DNA of 64,000 nt from Bordetella parapertussis. GTDB lineage: Bacteria; Pseudomonadota; Gammaproteobacteria; Burkholderiales; Burkholderiaceae_B. The translations under genes and the position numbers were made by a program. The stretch covers positions 5,631 to 69,630 of the forward strand of contig CAMAYM010000002.1 in assembly GCA_945862495.1 (NCBI GenBank). Reading direction: 5' to 3'. The notes beneath the pieces were generated by a model. It was not told the origin of the DNA, ran no database searches, and saw only the letters and a program-made list of their open reading frames with translations. The number at the start of each line of letters is the position of its first letter. Within the stretch, counting starts at the first letter, position 1. Shown in pieces: positions 26,791 to 36,911 of the stretch.

Positions 26791-27998
26791 GTTTTATCCG
26801 AATCAGGGGTGGCCGAGACATGATGGATGCTGAGGTCAGCACCCGCATATTCGTCTTCGGGATCCATTCTTAAGCCCATGAGGAGTTTGAGTGCACCATA
26901 CACAATTGTGCCACCTAACAAAGCAATCAGGACCGCGACCGCAGTGCCAATCAGTTGTGCCATCAGACTGACACCGCCCAAGCCGCCTAAGGCCTGTTGA
27001 CCAAAGATGCCTGCGGCGATACCACCCCAGACACCGCAGAGACCATGCAGGGGCCAGACACCCAAGACGTCATCGATTTTCCAGCGGTTTTGTTCGAGGG
27101 TAAAGACAAACACAAACATGGCTCCAGCGGATAGGCCAACAAACAGTGCGCCTAGGGGATGCATTAAGTCTGAGCCCGCACAGATTGCAACGAGTCCCGC
27201 GAGTGGTCCGTTATAACTAAAGCCGGCGTCATTCTTGCCGAAGAACCAACCACCGAGTGTGCCGCCCACCATAGCCATCAAGGAGTTGATCGCAACCAGT
27301 CCGCTGATTTTGTCGATTGTCTGTGCACTCATGACATTGAAACCGAACCAGCCTACGGTCAAGATCCAAGCGCCTAAGGCTAGGAAGGGGACGTTTGACG
27401 GCGGATGGGCGGAGACCTTGCCGTCTTTGCGGTAGCGTCCACTGCGTGCGCCGAGCAATATGATCGCAGGTAATGCAATCCAGCCACCGACGGCGTGCAC
27501 TACGACAGAACCTGCGAAGTCATGGAAATCTTCACCGGTGAGCGATTTGATCCAGACCTGAAAGCCAGAGAAGTGGGTGGGATTCCAGGCCATGCCTTCA
27601 AACAGCGGATAAACAAATCCAACCAATAAAAAGGTCGCGAGGAGTTGTGGGTTGAATTTGGCACGTTCGGCGATACCGCCTGAAACGATAGCTGGAATCG
27701 CGGCTGCAAAGGTCAGTAAGAAAAAGAACTTGACCAGTTCAAAGCCATTTTTGGTGGCGAGCTGCTCTGCATCCATCCAGAAATTCAGGCCATAGGCCAG
27801 GCTGTAACCAATAAAAAAATACGCGATAGTGGATACAGAAAAATCGACTAGGATTTTAACGAGTGCGTTGACTTGATTTTTTTCCCGGACTGTACCGAGC
27901 TCGAGAAAAGCGAAACCAGCGTGCATCGCCAGGATCATAATGGCACCCAACATAATAAAAAGGGTGTCGACGCCTGCTTTGATATTTTCCAAAATCAT
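26784..27998 (-). CDS. amt: ammonium transporter
   Basis: Amt/MEP signatures are present (DFAGSVVVHAVGGW; VWPLHGLCGVWGGIAAGIF). The protein is 404 aa. Confidence 0.92.
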   Translation of the reverse strand: MILENIKAGVDTLFIMLGAIMILAMHAGFAFLELGTVREKNQVNALVKILVDFSVSTIAYFFIGYSLAYGLNFWMDAEQLATKNGFELVKFFFLLTFAAAIPAIVSGGIAERAKFNPQLLATFLLVGFVYPLFEGMAWNPTHFSGFQVWIKSLTGEDFHDFAGSVVVHAVGGWIALPAIILLGARSGRYRKDGKVSAHPPSNVPFLALGAWILTVGWFGFNVMSAQTIDKISGLVAINSLMAMVGGTLGGWFFGKNDAGFSYNGPLAGLVAICAGSDLMHPLGALFVGLSAGAMFVFVFTLEQNRWKIDDVLGVWPLHGLCGVWGGIAAGIFGQQALGGLGGVSLMAQLIGTAVAVLIALLGGTIVYGALKLLMGLRMDPEDEYAGADLSIHHVSATPDSDKTW

Positions 27999-28013
27999 TC
28001 CAGCCGAAAAGTT

Positions 28014-28026
28014 AATTGTGACAATT
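28014..28026. promoter_or_regulatory. 13-nt palindrome AATTGT-G-ACAATT, 16-28 nt upstream of the amt ATG
   Basis: Read directly. It is a possible operator or 5'-UTR element. Confidence 0.3.
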
Positions 28027-28233
28027 GAGGCTGAATCTTAGCGCGAATGTTTAGGCAGATTTCTGAGGTCGCAGGTGATCATGGATTGAAAACAATAAAG
28101 CACAAATGTAAATAATATTTAGTTTTATATGCACATTAGATCTGGTTTCATAGGAAATCTCACCTATTTTCTTATATAACTGGGGTTGACCCGTATAGAA
28201 TCGTAGGATTAGTTGAATGTTTGGGAATCCCAC

Positions 28234-29451
28234 ATGATCGGCGCAGTGCATCTAGCAGGATCAAGTTATCCAACGAAAAATTTGCGAAGCCTTTTTGTGC
28301 AGCATGTTTTCAAAGTCGTGCTGGGAGTGTCGACGGCATGGTTAGGTTACACGGGCATGCTGCATGCCCAACCTGCGGGTCCCCAAGGCCCTTTGTCTGT
28401 GTCGGTGATAGAAGCTCAACCCACCAACATCCCCAATGTGCTCGAAGTCACTGCACAAGCCGAGGGCGCAAAAGAAACGGAAGTCCGTTCACGCGTCAAC
28501 GGTATTTTGCTTAAAAGGCTGTACGAGGAAGGTAGCCCTGTCCAAGCCGGTCAGCCATTATTTCAAATCGATCCCGAGCCTTTCAAAATCACGCTCGAAG
28601 AAGCCCAGGCGCGCGCCAAGCAAACAGCGCGCGAGGCCGCGCGTTTGAAGTTACTTTTTAGTAAACAGGCCGTCAGTCGCAAAGAGTTCGATGACGCGAC
28701 GTCCTTAAACGAAATCGCGCAAGCCACGCTAAAAACGGCGCAGCTCAATCTAAAGTGGACGACTGTGACGGCGCCTGTCGATGGCATTTCGGGTCGTTCA
28801 CTGCGCTCCGAAGGCAATCTGATTTCAAATACAGGCGATGCAGGTCTCCTGACCTCCATCTATCAAATCAACCCGATCTGGGTACGTTTTGGTTTGTCGA
28901 GCAGTGATACGGCCCAATTACCAAGCGGTCGTCTTGATCCAAAGCAAAACACAAGTGTCGAGTTGCTACTTCCTAATGGGCAGGACTACCCTGAAAAGGG
29001 TCAGCTCAATTTCCAGTCGACCTTTATTGATCCAAAGCTCGGCACACAGCAAATGCGCGCCGAATTTCCAAATCCTAACAGCGCAATTTTGCCAGGCCAG
29101 TTTTTGCGTATTCGTGTGACAACCGGGATGCAGGAAAATGTATTTCTGGTTCCTCAGGCTGCGGTGGTTCAGAGTGAGCGTGGCTTTATGGTCTGGACGG
29201 TTGGACCAGAAAGCAAGGTCGTGCCAACGCCGATCAAGGTGGGCAAATGGTCAGGAAAAAATTGGATTGTGTTGTCAGGCTTAAAGTCAGGCGATCAAGT
29301 TGTCACGGATCAACTCATCAAAATTCGACCCGGTGCGGTGATCAAGCCCACGGTGGTGCCGCTCAGTCAGGCTTCGCCTGGTACTGCGTCTGGTCCAGCG
29401 CCAACCGCTGACGCGCAAAAGAACGCTGCGGTCCAGAAGGATGCTCGATGA
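28234..29451 (+). CDS. RND efflux periplasmic adaptor (membrane fusion protein)
   Basis: The MFP pattern is present (V..RVNGILLKRLYEEGSPVQAGQPLFQIDPEPF; coiled-coil; GQFLRIRV). The start is uncertain (ATG 28234 or TTG 28213). The stop overlaps the RND start (ATGA). Confidence 0.85.
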   Translation: MIGAVHLAGSSYPTKNLRSLFVQHVFKVVLGVSTAWLGYTGMLHAQPAGPQGPLSVSVIEAQPTNIPNVLEVTAQAEGAKETEVRSRVNGILLKRLYEEGSPVQAGQPLFQIDPEPFKITLEEAQARAKQTAREAARLKLLFSKQAVSRKEFDDATSLNEIAQATLKTAQLNLKWTTVTAPVDGISGRSLRSEGNLISNTGDAGLLTSIYQINPIWVRFGLSSSDTAQLPSGRLDPKQNTSVELLLPNGQDYPEKGQLNFQSTFIDPKLGTQQMRAEFPNPNSAILPGQFLRIRVTTGMQENVFLVPQAAVVQSERGFMVWTVGPESKVVPTPIKVGKWSGKNWIVLSGLKSGDQVVTDQLIKIRPGAVIKPTVVPLSQASPGTASGPAPTADAQKNAAVQKDAR

Positions 29452-32400
29452 GTTTATCTAGCTTTTTTATTGGTCGGCCGATTTTTTCGGCGGTGATTTC
29501 CATCACCATTGTGATTGCGGGACTCATGGCAGCACGCGGTTTACCGATTGCGCAATATCCCGAAATCGCGCCACCGACCGTCATTATTTCGGCAACGTAT
29601 CCTGGCGCCTCGACAGAAACGCTGACGCGTACGGTGGCGGGTCCGATTGAAGAGCAGTTGTCAGGTGTTGAAAACCTGCTGTATTTCAATTCGAGTGCGC
29701 AGTCCAATGGCTCGCTGTCGATTACCGCGACGTTCGAAGTTGGCACCAATATTGATACCGCGACGGTCAACGTCAATAATCGTGTCAAGATTGCTGAGCC
29801 GAGGCTGCCGGATATCGTGCGTCAATTTGGTGTGACCGTTCAAAAGCGCTCAAATGATATTTTGTTAGTGACGGCGATCACCTCTCCTTCCGAGGAGTTT
29901 TCAAATCTGTTTTTATCTAACTATGCGCTTGTCAATGTTGTGGACGAGCTCAAACGTTTGCCAGGTGTTGGTGATGTGCAGATTTTGGGTGCCAAGGATT
30001 ATTCCATGCGCATCTGGCTCAAGCCAGATCAGATGGCACAACTAGGTATTACTGCGCCTGATGTCGCCGCTGCGATCGCTGCGCAAAACAAACAGAACGT
30101 CGCAGGAAAAATTGGTCAAGAACCTGCGCCGCAGGGCCAGCAACTGGTCTATACCGTGACCGCCAAAGGCCGTTTGGTTACGCCGGAGCAGTTTGGCGAC
30201 ATTGTCATTCGCTCGGAGGGCGCGGGCGGCACGCTCAGGCTCAAAGATATTGCACGGATTGAACTCGGTGCGGCAGATTATGACGCCAGTACCAAACTCA
30301 GCGGCAAGCCAGTCGCGCTTGTCGCTACCTTTTTGCAATCGGGTGCCAACGCACTGGCTGTTGCTGAAAGTGTACGCACCAAAATGCAAGAGTTGGAGAA
30401 AAAATTTCCTAAAGGGATTGAATATGTCATTCCCTTTGATACGACAAAATTTGTGACCGCTTCGATTAATGAAGTGATTAAAACCTTGTTCGAAGCGATG
30501 CTTCTCGTCGCCCTCGTTGTCTATTTGTTTTTGCAAAACTGGCGAGCGACTCTTATTCCTTTGATTGCGGTACCGGTTTCACTGATCGGAACGTTTGCAG
30601 GTTTGTGGCTGTTTGGCTTTTCTATCAACACACTGACTCTGTTTGCGATGGTGTTGTCGATAGGTATTGTGGTGGATGATGCGATCGTAGTGCTGGAAAA
30701 CGTCGAACGCTTGATGACTGAGCGTAATCTTTCTCCAAAAGAGGCTGCCTACGAGGCAATGCGTGAGGTGTCGGGTGCGGTAGTCGCCATTGTGTTGGTG
30801 CTTTCCGCTGTGTTTATTCCCGTGGCGTTTTTGGGCGGGATCGCTGGTACGCTCTATCAACAGTTTGCCGTCACCGTCGCGCTCGCAGTGGTTTTGTCTG
30901 GGATCGTCGCCTTGACCTTGACGCCAGCCCTGTGTGCACTGCTTCTCAAGCCAGGGCTGCATGCACCCAAAGGTTTTGGATGGTTTAACCGCAGCTTTGA
31001 AACCATCACTAATCAATACACCAAGCTTGTCAATAAAACACTAAATCATCGCATTCTTGGCGCCTCGGTATTCGGCGCGATCTTGGTGGGGAGTTTTGTG
31101 ATGTTTCGTATGGTACCCGGCAGCTTTGTTCCTGCAGAGGATCAAGGTTATCTGATTAGTGCATTGGTGCTGCCAGATGCCGCAAGCTTGCAGCGGACCG
31201 AAGAAACAGGCGATGTCTTTCAAAAGCGCGTGGCTAACGATCCTGCTGTTGCGCGTGTGTTTGTGATCGCGGGTCGAGACATTATTGGTGGGGGTAACAA
31301 ACCGAACGCCGGTACGATTTTTATTCCCCTCAAGGATTGGGACGAGCGAACCGCCTCTTCTGAGCAACTCGCCAAGAAATTTACTGGTGTGGGGATGAGC
31401 TTGCCCGATGGGATGGCACTGGTGTTTAACCCGCCTCCTATCCGTGGTTTGGGCTCTGCGGGTGGTTTTGAGTTTTATGTACAGTCCAGAGGTGAGCCCT
31501 CTGTGACGGATCTAGCGAAAGTCGTCACTAATTTTACAGAGGAGCTAAAAAAGCAACCCAAGCTCTCGGGCATCAATACCTTTTTTAGGCCCAACACCCC
31601 TCAGTTGTATGTCGAGGTTGATGAGGCGAAAGCATTGTCGCTTGGCATACCCGTGGCAGATGTTTACCTCAGTTTGCAGGCCACGATGGGTGCGCTGTAT
31701 GTCAATGATTTCAATCTAAACGGTCGCACCTATCGCGTGCAGATGCAGGCGGATGCCCAATATCGTACTGAGCCGACGGATCTCGGTCAGATCTATGTGC
31801 GCGCAAACAATGGCAGCATGGTGCCGGTGTCGGCCCTGATCTCGGTCAGTCAGGTGGTCGGTCCCGAACTACTGGAGCGGTTTAATGGATTTCTTGCGGC
31901 AAAGGTGTTGGGAAATGCAGTGCAGGGTGTGAGCTCTGGAGATGCGATCAATATTGTCCAAGAGGCCGCCCGCGCGACCTTACCCCCAGGCTACGAGTTA
32001 GCGTGGGCTGGACAAGCGTATCAGCAGATCCGCACAGGCGACGCCTCTGGCTTGGCATTTTTGTTTGGCATCGTGATGGTGTTTCTGATTCTTGCGGCAC
32101 AGTATGAGCGGTGGTCTTTACCGATTGCTGTGTTGTTGGCGGTGCCGTTTGCGTTGTTTGGTGCCTTGCTCGCGGTGTTGCTGCGCGGCATGCCCAATGA
32201 CATCTATTTTCAGATTGGTTTGCTAGTGTTGATTGGCCTGTCTGCGAAAAATGCAATCTTGGTCGTTGAGTTTGCGTCCCAAAAACGTGCGCAGGGTATG
32301 AGTGCGAGGGATGCGGCATTGACGGCAGCAAAACAACGTTTCAGACCGATTGTGATGACCTCTCTCGCATTTATCTTGGGTGTGTTTCCCTTGGTAATCT

Positions 32401-32528
32401 CCTCGGGGGCGGGTGCTGCGGCACGTCAATCCATGGGGACAGGTGTATTTGGTGGCATGCTGGCCTCGACCTTCATTGCGACTATTTTTGTGCCGATGTT
32501 CTTTACTTGGTTATCCAGAAAAAAATGA
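29448..32528 (+). CDS. RND multidrug efflux permease (HAE1, AcrB/MexB-like)
   Basis: A 1026-aa protein with N-terminus FFIGRPIFSAVISITIVIAGL..LPIAQYPEI and the NWRATLIPLIAVPVSLIGTF motif. It has the full 12-TM architecture. Confidence 0.95.
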   Translation: MSLSSFFIGRPIFSAVISITIVIAGLMAARGLPIAQYPEIAPPTVIISATYPGASTETLTRTVAGPIEEQLSGVENLLYFNSSAQSNGSLSITATFEVGTNIDTATVNVNNRVKIAEPRLPDIVRQFGVTVQKRSNDILLVTAITSPSEEFSNLFLSNYALVNVVDELKRLPGVGDVQILGAKDYSMRIWLKPDQMAQLGITAPDVAAAIAAQNKQNVAGKIGQEPAPQGQQLVYTVTAKGRLVTPEQFGDIVIRSEGAGGTLRLKDIARIELGAADYDASTKLSGKPVALVATFLQSGANALAVAESVRTKMQELEKKFPKGIEYVIPFDTTKFVTASINEVIKTLFEAMLLVALVVYLFLQNWRATLIPLIAVPVSLIGTFAGLWLFGFSINTLTLFAMVLSIGIVVDDAIVVLENVERLMTERNLSPKEAAYEAMREVSGAVVAIVLVLSAVFIPVAFLGGIAGTLYQQFAVTVALAVVLSGIVALTLTPALCALLLKPGLHAPKGFGWFNRSFETITNQYTKLVNKTLNHRILGASVFGAILVGSFVMFRMVPGSFVPAEDQGYLISALVLPDAASLQRTEETGDVFQKRVANDPAVARVFVIAGRDIIGGGNKPNAGTIFIPLKDWDERTASSEQLAKKFTGVGMSLPDGMALVFNPPPIRGLGSAGGFEFYVQSRGEPSVTDLAKVVTNFTEELKKQPKLSGINTFFRPNTPQLYVEVDEAKALSLGIPVADVYLSLQATMGALYVNDFNLNGRTYRVQMQADAQYRTEPTDLGQIYVRANNGSMVPVSALISVSQVVGPELLERFNGFLAAKVLGNAVQGVSSGDAINIVQEAARATLPPGYELAWAGQAYQQIRTGDASGLAFLFGIVMVFLILAAQYERWSLPIAVLLAVPFALFGALLAVLLRGMPNDIYFQIGLLVLIGLSAKNAILVVEFASQKRAQGMSARDAALTAAKQRFRPIVMTSLAFILGVFPLVISSGAGAAARQSMGTGVFGGMLASTFIATIFVPMFFTWLSRKK

Positions 32529-33997
32529 TGACGCATCCTTTTTTATCCGGCATGCGTGCTTGGGTTCGCACATTTCTCGCACTTGTCCTCAGTGGTACGT
32601 TAAGTGGATGTTTGCTCGGCCCTGACTACAAGCGGCCCGAGGTTGATTTGCCTGAGCGTTTCAATGCACAAACGGCCACGACGACACCTTCGGCAGCTAT
32701 TTCTCCTGTCAGTACCGTGGGTGTTGCACCTGCTCCGGTCGCACTAGTGGATTGGTGGACCTTGTTCAACGATCCCATTCTCAACGACCTTGTTGCGAAG
32801 GCCCAAAAGAACAATGCCGATATACAGATTGCGGTTGCACGCTTAGGTCAGGCGCAGGCACTGGCCCGTCAAGCAGGGGCAGCACTTTATCCGACACTCA
32901 ATTTGACGGCTTCAGGTACGCGGGCTTCCACAGGTACAGCGGTATCGCCTACAGGCATTGGTTTGCAAACTAATACTGCACAGCTGGGTCTAGTGACTTC
33001 TTATGAACTTGATGTGTGGGGCCGCGTTCGTCGCAATCTTGAAGCCGCGACTGCTGTGGTGACTGCCAGCCAGTACGAGCAGGACAGCGTTCGTCTCACC
33101 ATATCTGCGTTAGTCACCAATACGTATTTACGTTTGCGCGCCTTGGATGCGCAGATTTCCGTGGTGACCAACTCGGTCAAGACCCGCGAAAATTCACTGC
33201 GTGTTGCGCAGGCCAAGCTCGATGGCGGGTTGGTGTCGCCCATCGATGTGAGTCAAGCGCGGGCGGCCAAGGCTGCCTCCGAGGCAACATTATCGGAGTT
33301 AACGCGACAACGAGCGATCGTACAAAATCAACTCGGTATTTTGGTAGGTCAGCTGCAACTGAGCCTTGCGCCCGTTGATTTGCGGGGTTTGCCGATTCCG
33401 CCAATCCCACCCGCCGGTATTCCCTCGACGTTGATGGAAAGCCGGCCGGATGTCAATCGGGTGGAGCAGGAGCTCACGGCTGCAAATGCCCGTATTGGCG
33501 TCGCGACGGCTAACTTTTTCCCAACACTCTCTCTTACGGGTGTTTTTGGTGCGCAAAGTGTAGATTTCAGCGCGTTCCTTTCTGGGCAAAGTACCGTATG
33601 GTCCGCAGGCTTAGGGCTGCTCCAGCCGATATTTACCGGTGGTTCTTTGACGGCACGTCTGGATTTTGCCAAGGCGCAACAGCAGGAAGTCCTGGGGAAT
33701 TACGTTAAAGTTGTCAGAAATGCATTTGGTGAAGTGGGAGATGCTCTAGTGTCCGTCCATCAAACGCTTCAAACCGAACTCTTTTTGACGGAACAAGTCG
33801 CCGCGGCGACCAAGGCACAAGAGCTCGCAACCGTGCGTTACGAAGCGGGCTATGTTGATTATTTAAATGTGCTTGAGGCGCAGCGTGTGCAAAACGAGGC
33901 GAATCTAGCTTTTGTAATAAATCGTTCCTTGCGACTGCAGGCGGGCGTGGATTTATTTAAGGCTTTGGGTGGCGGCTGGAATAAGCCGACGCCATAG
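32525..33997 (+). CDS. efflux outer-membrane factor lipoprotein (NodT/OprM family)
   Basis: A lipobox (LSGC) followed by LLGPDYKRPE, plus ESRPDVNRVE and a C-terminal KALGGGW. The ATG at 32525 overlaps the RND stop. Confidence 0.9.
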   Translation: MMTHPFLSGMRAWVRTFLALVLSGTLSGCLLGPDYKRPEVDLPERFNAQTATTTPSAAISPVSTVGVAPAPVALVDWWTLFNDPILNDLVAKAQKNNADIQIAVARLGQAQALARQAGAALYPTLNLTASGTRASTGTAVSPTGIGLQTNTAQLGLVTSYELDVWGRVRRNLEAATAVVTASQYEQDSVRLTISALVTNTYLRLRALDAQISVVTNSVKTRENSLRVAQAKLDGGLVSPIDVSQARAAKAASEATLSELTRQRAIVQNQLGILVGQLQLSLAPVDLRGLPIPPIPPAGIPSTLMESRPDVNRVEQELTAANARIGVATANFFPTLSLTGVFGAQSVDFSAFLSGQSTVWSAGLGLLQPIFTGGSLTARLDFAKAQQQEVLGNYVKVVRNAFGEVGDALVSVHQTLQTELFLTEQVAAATKAQELATVRYEAGYVDYLNVLEAQRVQNEANLAFVINRSLRLQAGVDLFKALGGGWNKPTP

Positions 33998-34025
33998 TCG
34001 GAATAACAAATAAGAGGATGACACG

Positions 34026-34862
34026 ATGAACGAAGCGATAGAAAAACAATACAACCCTCGCACAACAGTGACGCCTGAACAGTTGGCGCATTTTAGCGAG
34101 CTCGGCGCGCGCCTCAGTGAAGAGGCCCGTCAAAAATATGCGGGCCGTTACGATTTGCGTTTTGGTGAAGGACCGTTAGAGAACGCAGATTTTTTTTATT
34201 GCGGCAAACCCAATCGTCCTCTGATGGTGTTTTTTCATGGTGGTTTTTGGCGTGCCCGTGATAAAAAAGATTACAGTTTTGTCGTGAATGGCGTTTTGCC
34301 CCTCGACTGCTCAGTGGTGGTAATGAATTACGATTTGTGTCCCGCAGTCACGGTGCAACAGATTGTGGCGCAAACCAAGCGCGGACTTGAGTGGGTGTCT
34401 CAGCAAGTGGCCGCCTGGCAAGTCGATGACAGTCAGATTTATGTCTCTGGTCATTCAGCGGGTGCGCACATCATTGCAGCGACGCTTGCACACACTGGCG
34501 CGGCATTTCAGCTCAAAAATCACCATATCAAAAAGGCCTATTTGATAAGTGGTATTTTTGACGTTGAGCCTGTTTTGCAAATTTCTGTCAATGAAGAAGT
34601 CAAACTTAAGCCAAGTGATGTGCAAGTGTTGAGTCCGCTTCGTCATCCGTTTTCCGCAAATGTGGCTTACGAGGTGATCGTGGGTGGCGCAGAGCCCAAG
34701 GATTGGGTGGGTGAGTCAGAGCGCATGGCCGCTCATTTGCGTGCGCAAGGCTGTCAAGTGGGTTTGCATGTGTTGCCTGGCTTAAATCACTATACTGTCC
34801 TGCACGAAATGGATCGGCCTGAAGGCTATGTATCCAAGCTATTCGCACGCGATATCGGATAA
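34026..34862 (+). CDS. alpha/beta hydrolase, arylformamidase-like
   Basis: HGGFWRARDKKDY and a nucleophile elbow (SGHSAGAH). The protein is 278 aa. Confidence 0.7.
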   Translation: MNEAIEKQYNPRTTVTPEQLAHFSELGARLSEEARQKYAGRYDLRFGEGPLENADFFYCGKPNRPLMVFFHGGFWRARDKKDYSFVVNGVLPLDCSVVVMNYDLCPAVTVQQIVAQTKRGLEWVSQQVAAWQVDDSQIYVSGHSAGAHIIAATLAHTGAAFQLKNHHIKKAYLISGIFDVEPVLQISVNEEVKLKPSDVQVLSPLRHPFSANVAYEVIVGGAEPKDWVGESERMAAHLRAQGCQVGLHVLPGLNHYTVLHEMDRPEGYVSKLFARDIG

Positions 34863-34865
34863 AAC

Positions 34866-35849
34866 ATGGAAAATCTCGATCAGCCAAGCGTTGAGTCAGA
34901 CGCAACCATCACTGTTTTGCGTAGACAGTTAGGCGAGATTCTGATGAGTGAGCGCATAAGTCAGAAAAAAGACGTCGTGGACGTCGCGCGTCGCTTGATG
35001 CTTTCCAAGCAACAGTTGCTCGCGATCGAGGCGGGTGAGGCCGCAAGCTTTCATCACGAACGTCGTTATATTCAGGGCATTAAAAGCTATGTATTTTATT
35101 TAGGTCTGCAGAGCCGGATGGATGTTGAGAGCTTTCTCAAGCAGATCGAGGATTGCTCCGCAGAGGCAATGCGCGCCTCGCCTGCAGCCGGTGTTGCACA
35201 ACTACATCGCGCTTCGACCCCGCCTGCAAATACAAAGTCTTACTCATCACGCACTCCCCGTTATGTCTACCTTGGGTTGGCCTTGCTCGTGCTAGGTGCC
35301 GTTGTGCTCGCCATTTCAGAAGGATGGCCTTTCAAGGGTGGCAGCGACGAGATCGTCAGCAGTGACTCCACACAAAGCGCTGCCTTGACGACGGAGGTGA
35401 GTAACAATACGCCGACAGTTTCCATACCAGCCCCTCCAGTGGTGCCTCAATCTGAAGCGCCTGTGCAGACACAGACTTCTCCATCTATACAAGCTCCCAC
35501 GCAAATACAGCCTTCACCTATTCCGCCGGTTATCGATAAAAGTATTGCGACCGAAAAGCCCGCACCAGTCGTCACACCTGTTGATCCTGCCTTGATGCGA
35601 ATCGATTTCAACGCAGAGTGTTGGATGTCGGTGCAGACAACTGAAGGTAAAAAAATTGATCGTATTTACAAACAAGGCGAGAGTTTTTCGATGCCTGTCG
35701 CGAACGTGAGTGCGATGATTTTGGGTAATGCGCCTGCTGCCAAAGTATTTTTTGGCTCGCGACAAGTGGACATCATGTCCAAGGGCTTGACGCAAGGAAA
35801 TGTATCCAGACTCGATCAAAAAAGCTTACAGCTTCTGCTAAAGAATTAA
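34866..35849 (+). CDS. RodZ-architecture protein (XRE-type HTH, single TM, Pro/Ser/Thr linker, DUF4115-like C-terminal domain)
   Basis: The HTH region is LGEILMSERISQKKDVVDVARRLMLSKQQLLAIEAGE and the TM segment is YVYLGLALLVLGAVVLAI. A P/T/S/Q-rich linker follows. The C-terminal domain reads RIDFNAECWMSVQTTEGKKI..IYKQGES. Confidence 0.7.
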   Translation: MENLDQPSVESDATITVLRRQLGEILMSERISQKKDVVDVARRLMLSKQQLLAIEAGEAASFHHERRYIQGIKSYVFYLGLQSRMDVESFLKQIEDCSAEAMRASPAAGVAQLHRASTPPANTKSYSSRTPRYVYLGLALLVLGAVVLAISEGWPFKGGSDEIVSSDSTQSAALTTEVSNNTPTVSIPAPPVVPQSEAPVQTQTSPSIQAPTQIQPSPIPPVIDKSIATEKPAPVVTPVDPALMRIDFNAECWMSVQTTEGKKIDRIYKQGESFSMPVANVSAMILGNAPAAKVFFGSRQVDIMSKGLTQGNVSRLDQKSLQLLLKN

Positions 35850-35867
35850 ACACGGTACGTCGAGCGT

Positions 35868-36911
35868 TTAATTCTTTTCTGCCGATTCTGTTTGTGACGG
35901 GTCTGGTTTGGCAAAGCCTTGCCAGCCACCACCAAGCGCTTTGACCAATGGCACACTCGCGATAAATTGTCCGCCATGCATCTGCCACTTGATGCGCTGC
36001 GCGGTGAGCTGGTTTTGCTGAATCAAGGCAAGTCTTTGGGCTGTGTCTAAGCCTTCGCGGTAACGAATCGCGCTGATTTGATAGGCACGATTGAGATTAT
36101 TGACGGCCTCATCCTGCATGGAACGTGCGCGATCAAGTTGTTGAAGCGCACTCATGGCATCTTGTGTTTCTTGTATGGAGACCATCACGGACTGACGGTA
36201 GTTCGCTAGCGTTACGCGATACCCAGCTTGCGCAAAACGATAGTTGGCGCTGATGCGGCCACCATCAAACACGGTTTGCGTTGCGGTTAAGCCAATCGAC
36301 CAAATGAGCGAAGGCGCATTAAAATTGAACAGAGAATGGAGCTCTCACCACCGAGAAAGGCGGGCGCCAGTGTGAGGGTGGGAAAGTATGCAGCTTTGGC
36401 AACGCCGATCTGCGCGTTAGCAGCTGCCATCGCTCGCTCAGCTGCCGAAACGTCTGGGCGTCTTTCCAGAAGGGTAGAGGGCAAGCCGACAGGAAACGCG
36501 GGCAATTGAGTAGGTAATCGACCAGGCGGTAAGCTAAAGGCGGAAGCGGGCGTGCCGGTTAAGGTTGCTAACAGATTTTCCTGTACATTGCGCAACGCGC
36601 GCAGGAGCTCAAGTTGAGCACCACTCGACTGTGTCAAGGCGGTCTGTTGTGACAGTTCTGTTCGTCCTGCAGCACCCATGTCATAACGTTTTTTTTATCA
36701 AACCCAAGAGCTTGTCCTGAATCTGGACAATTCCGGTGAGCACGCGAATTTCTTCATCGTACTGTCTCAAGAGAAAATAACTATTCGCCAGTTGTGCGGT
36801 AAGTAAGAGCTTGACGTTCTCAGTATCGGCTGTAGCTTGTTCTGCAGTGCAATCAGTGAGGTAAAAATCGACAAGGGGATTGAAATTGCGATGATCGAGG
36901 TGGTGCGCCAA
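35868..36911 (-). pseudogene. decayed outer-membrane factor gene (NodT/OprM family), N-terminally deleted with at least 2 frameshifts
   Basis: Three consecutive ORFs (36681-36911, 36287-36679, 35868-36272) match successive parts of an OMF (ERRPDVSAAERAM; AAYFPTLTL; FDGGR; KALGGGW). Compare the intact paralog at 32525-33997. One frameshift sits at the T8/A8 run 36689-36696. Removing one A restores ..IKKRYDMGAAGRTEL.. The lipobox region is absent. Confidence 0.8.

Noticed and set aside
27999-28212. A search for sigma-54/NtrC sites for amt and a sigma-70 promoter for the RND operon.
   Set aside because: No GG-N10-GC element with acceptable flanks was found. TTGACC at 28186-28191 lacks a properly spaced -10 hexamer. 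Nothing here is strong enough to report as a feature.
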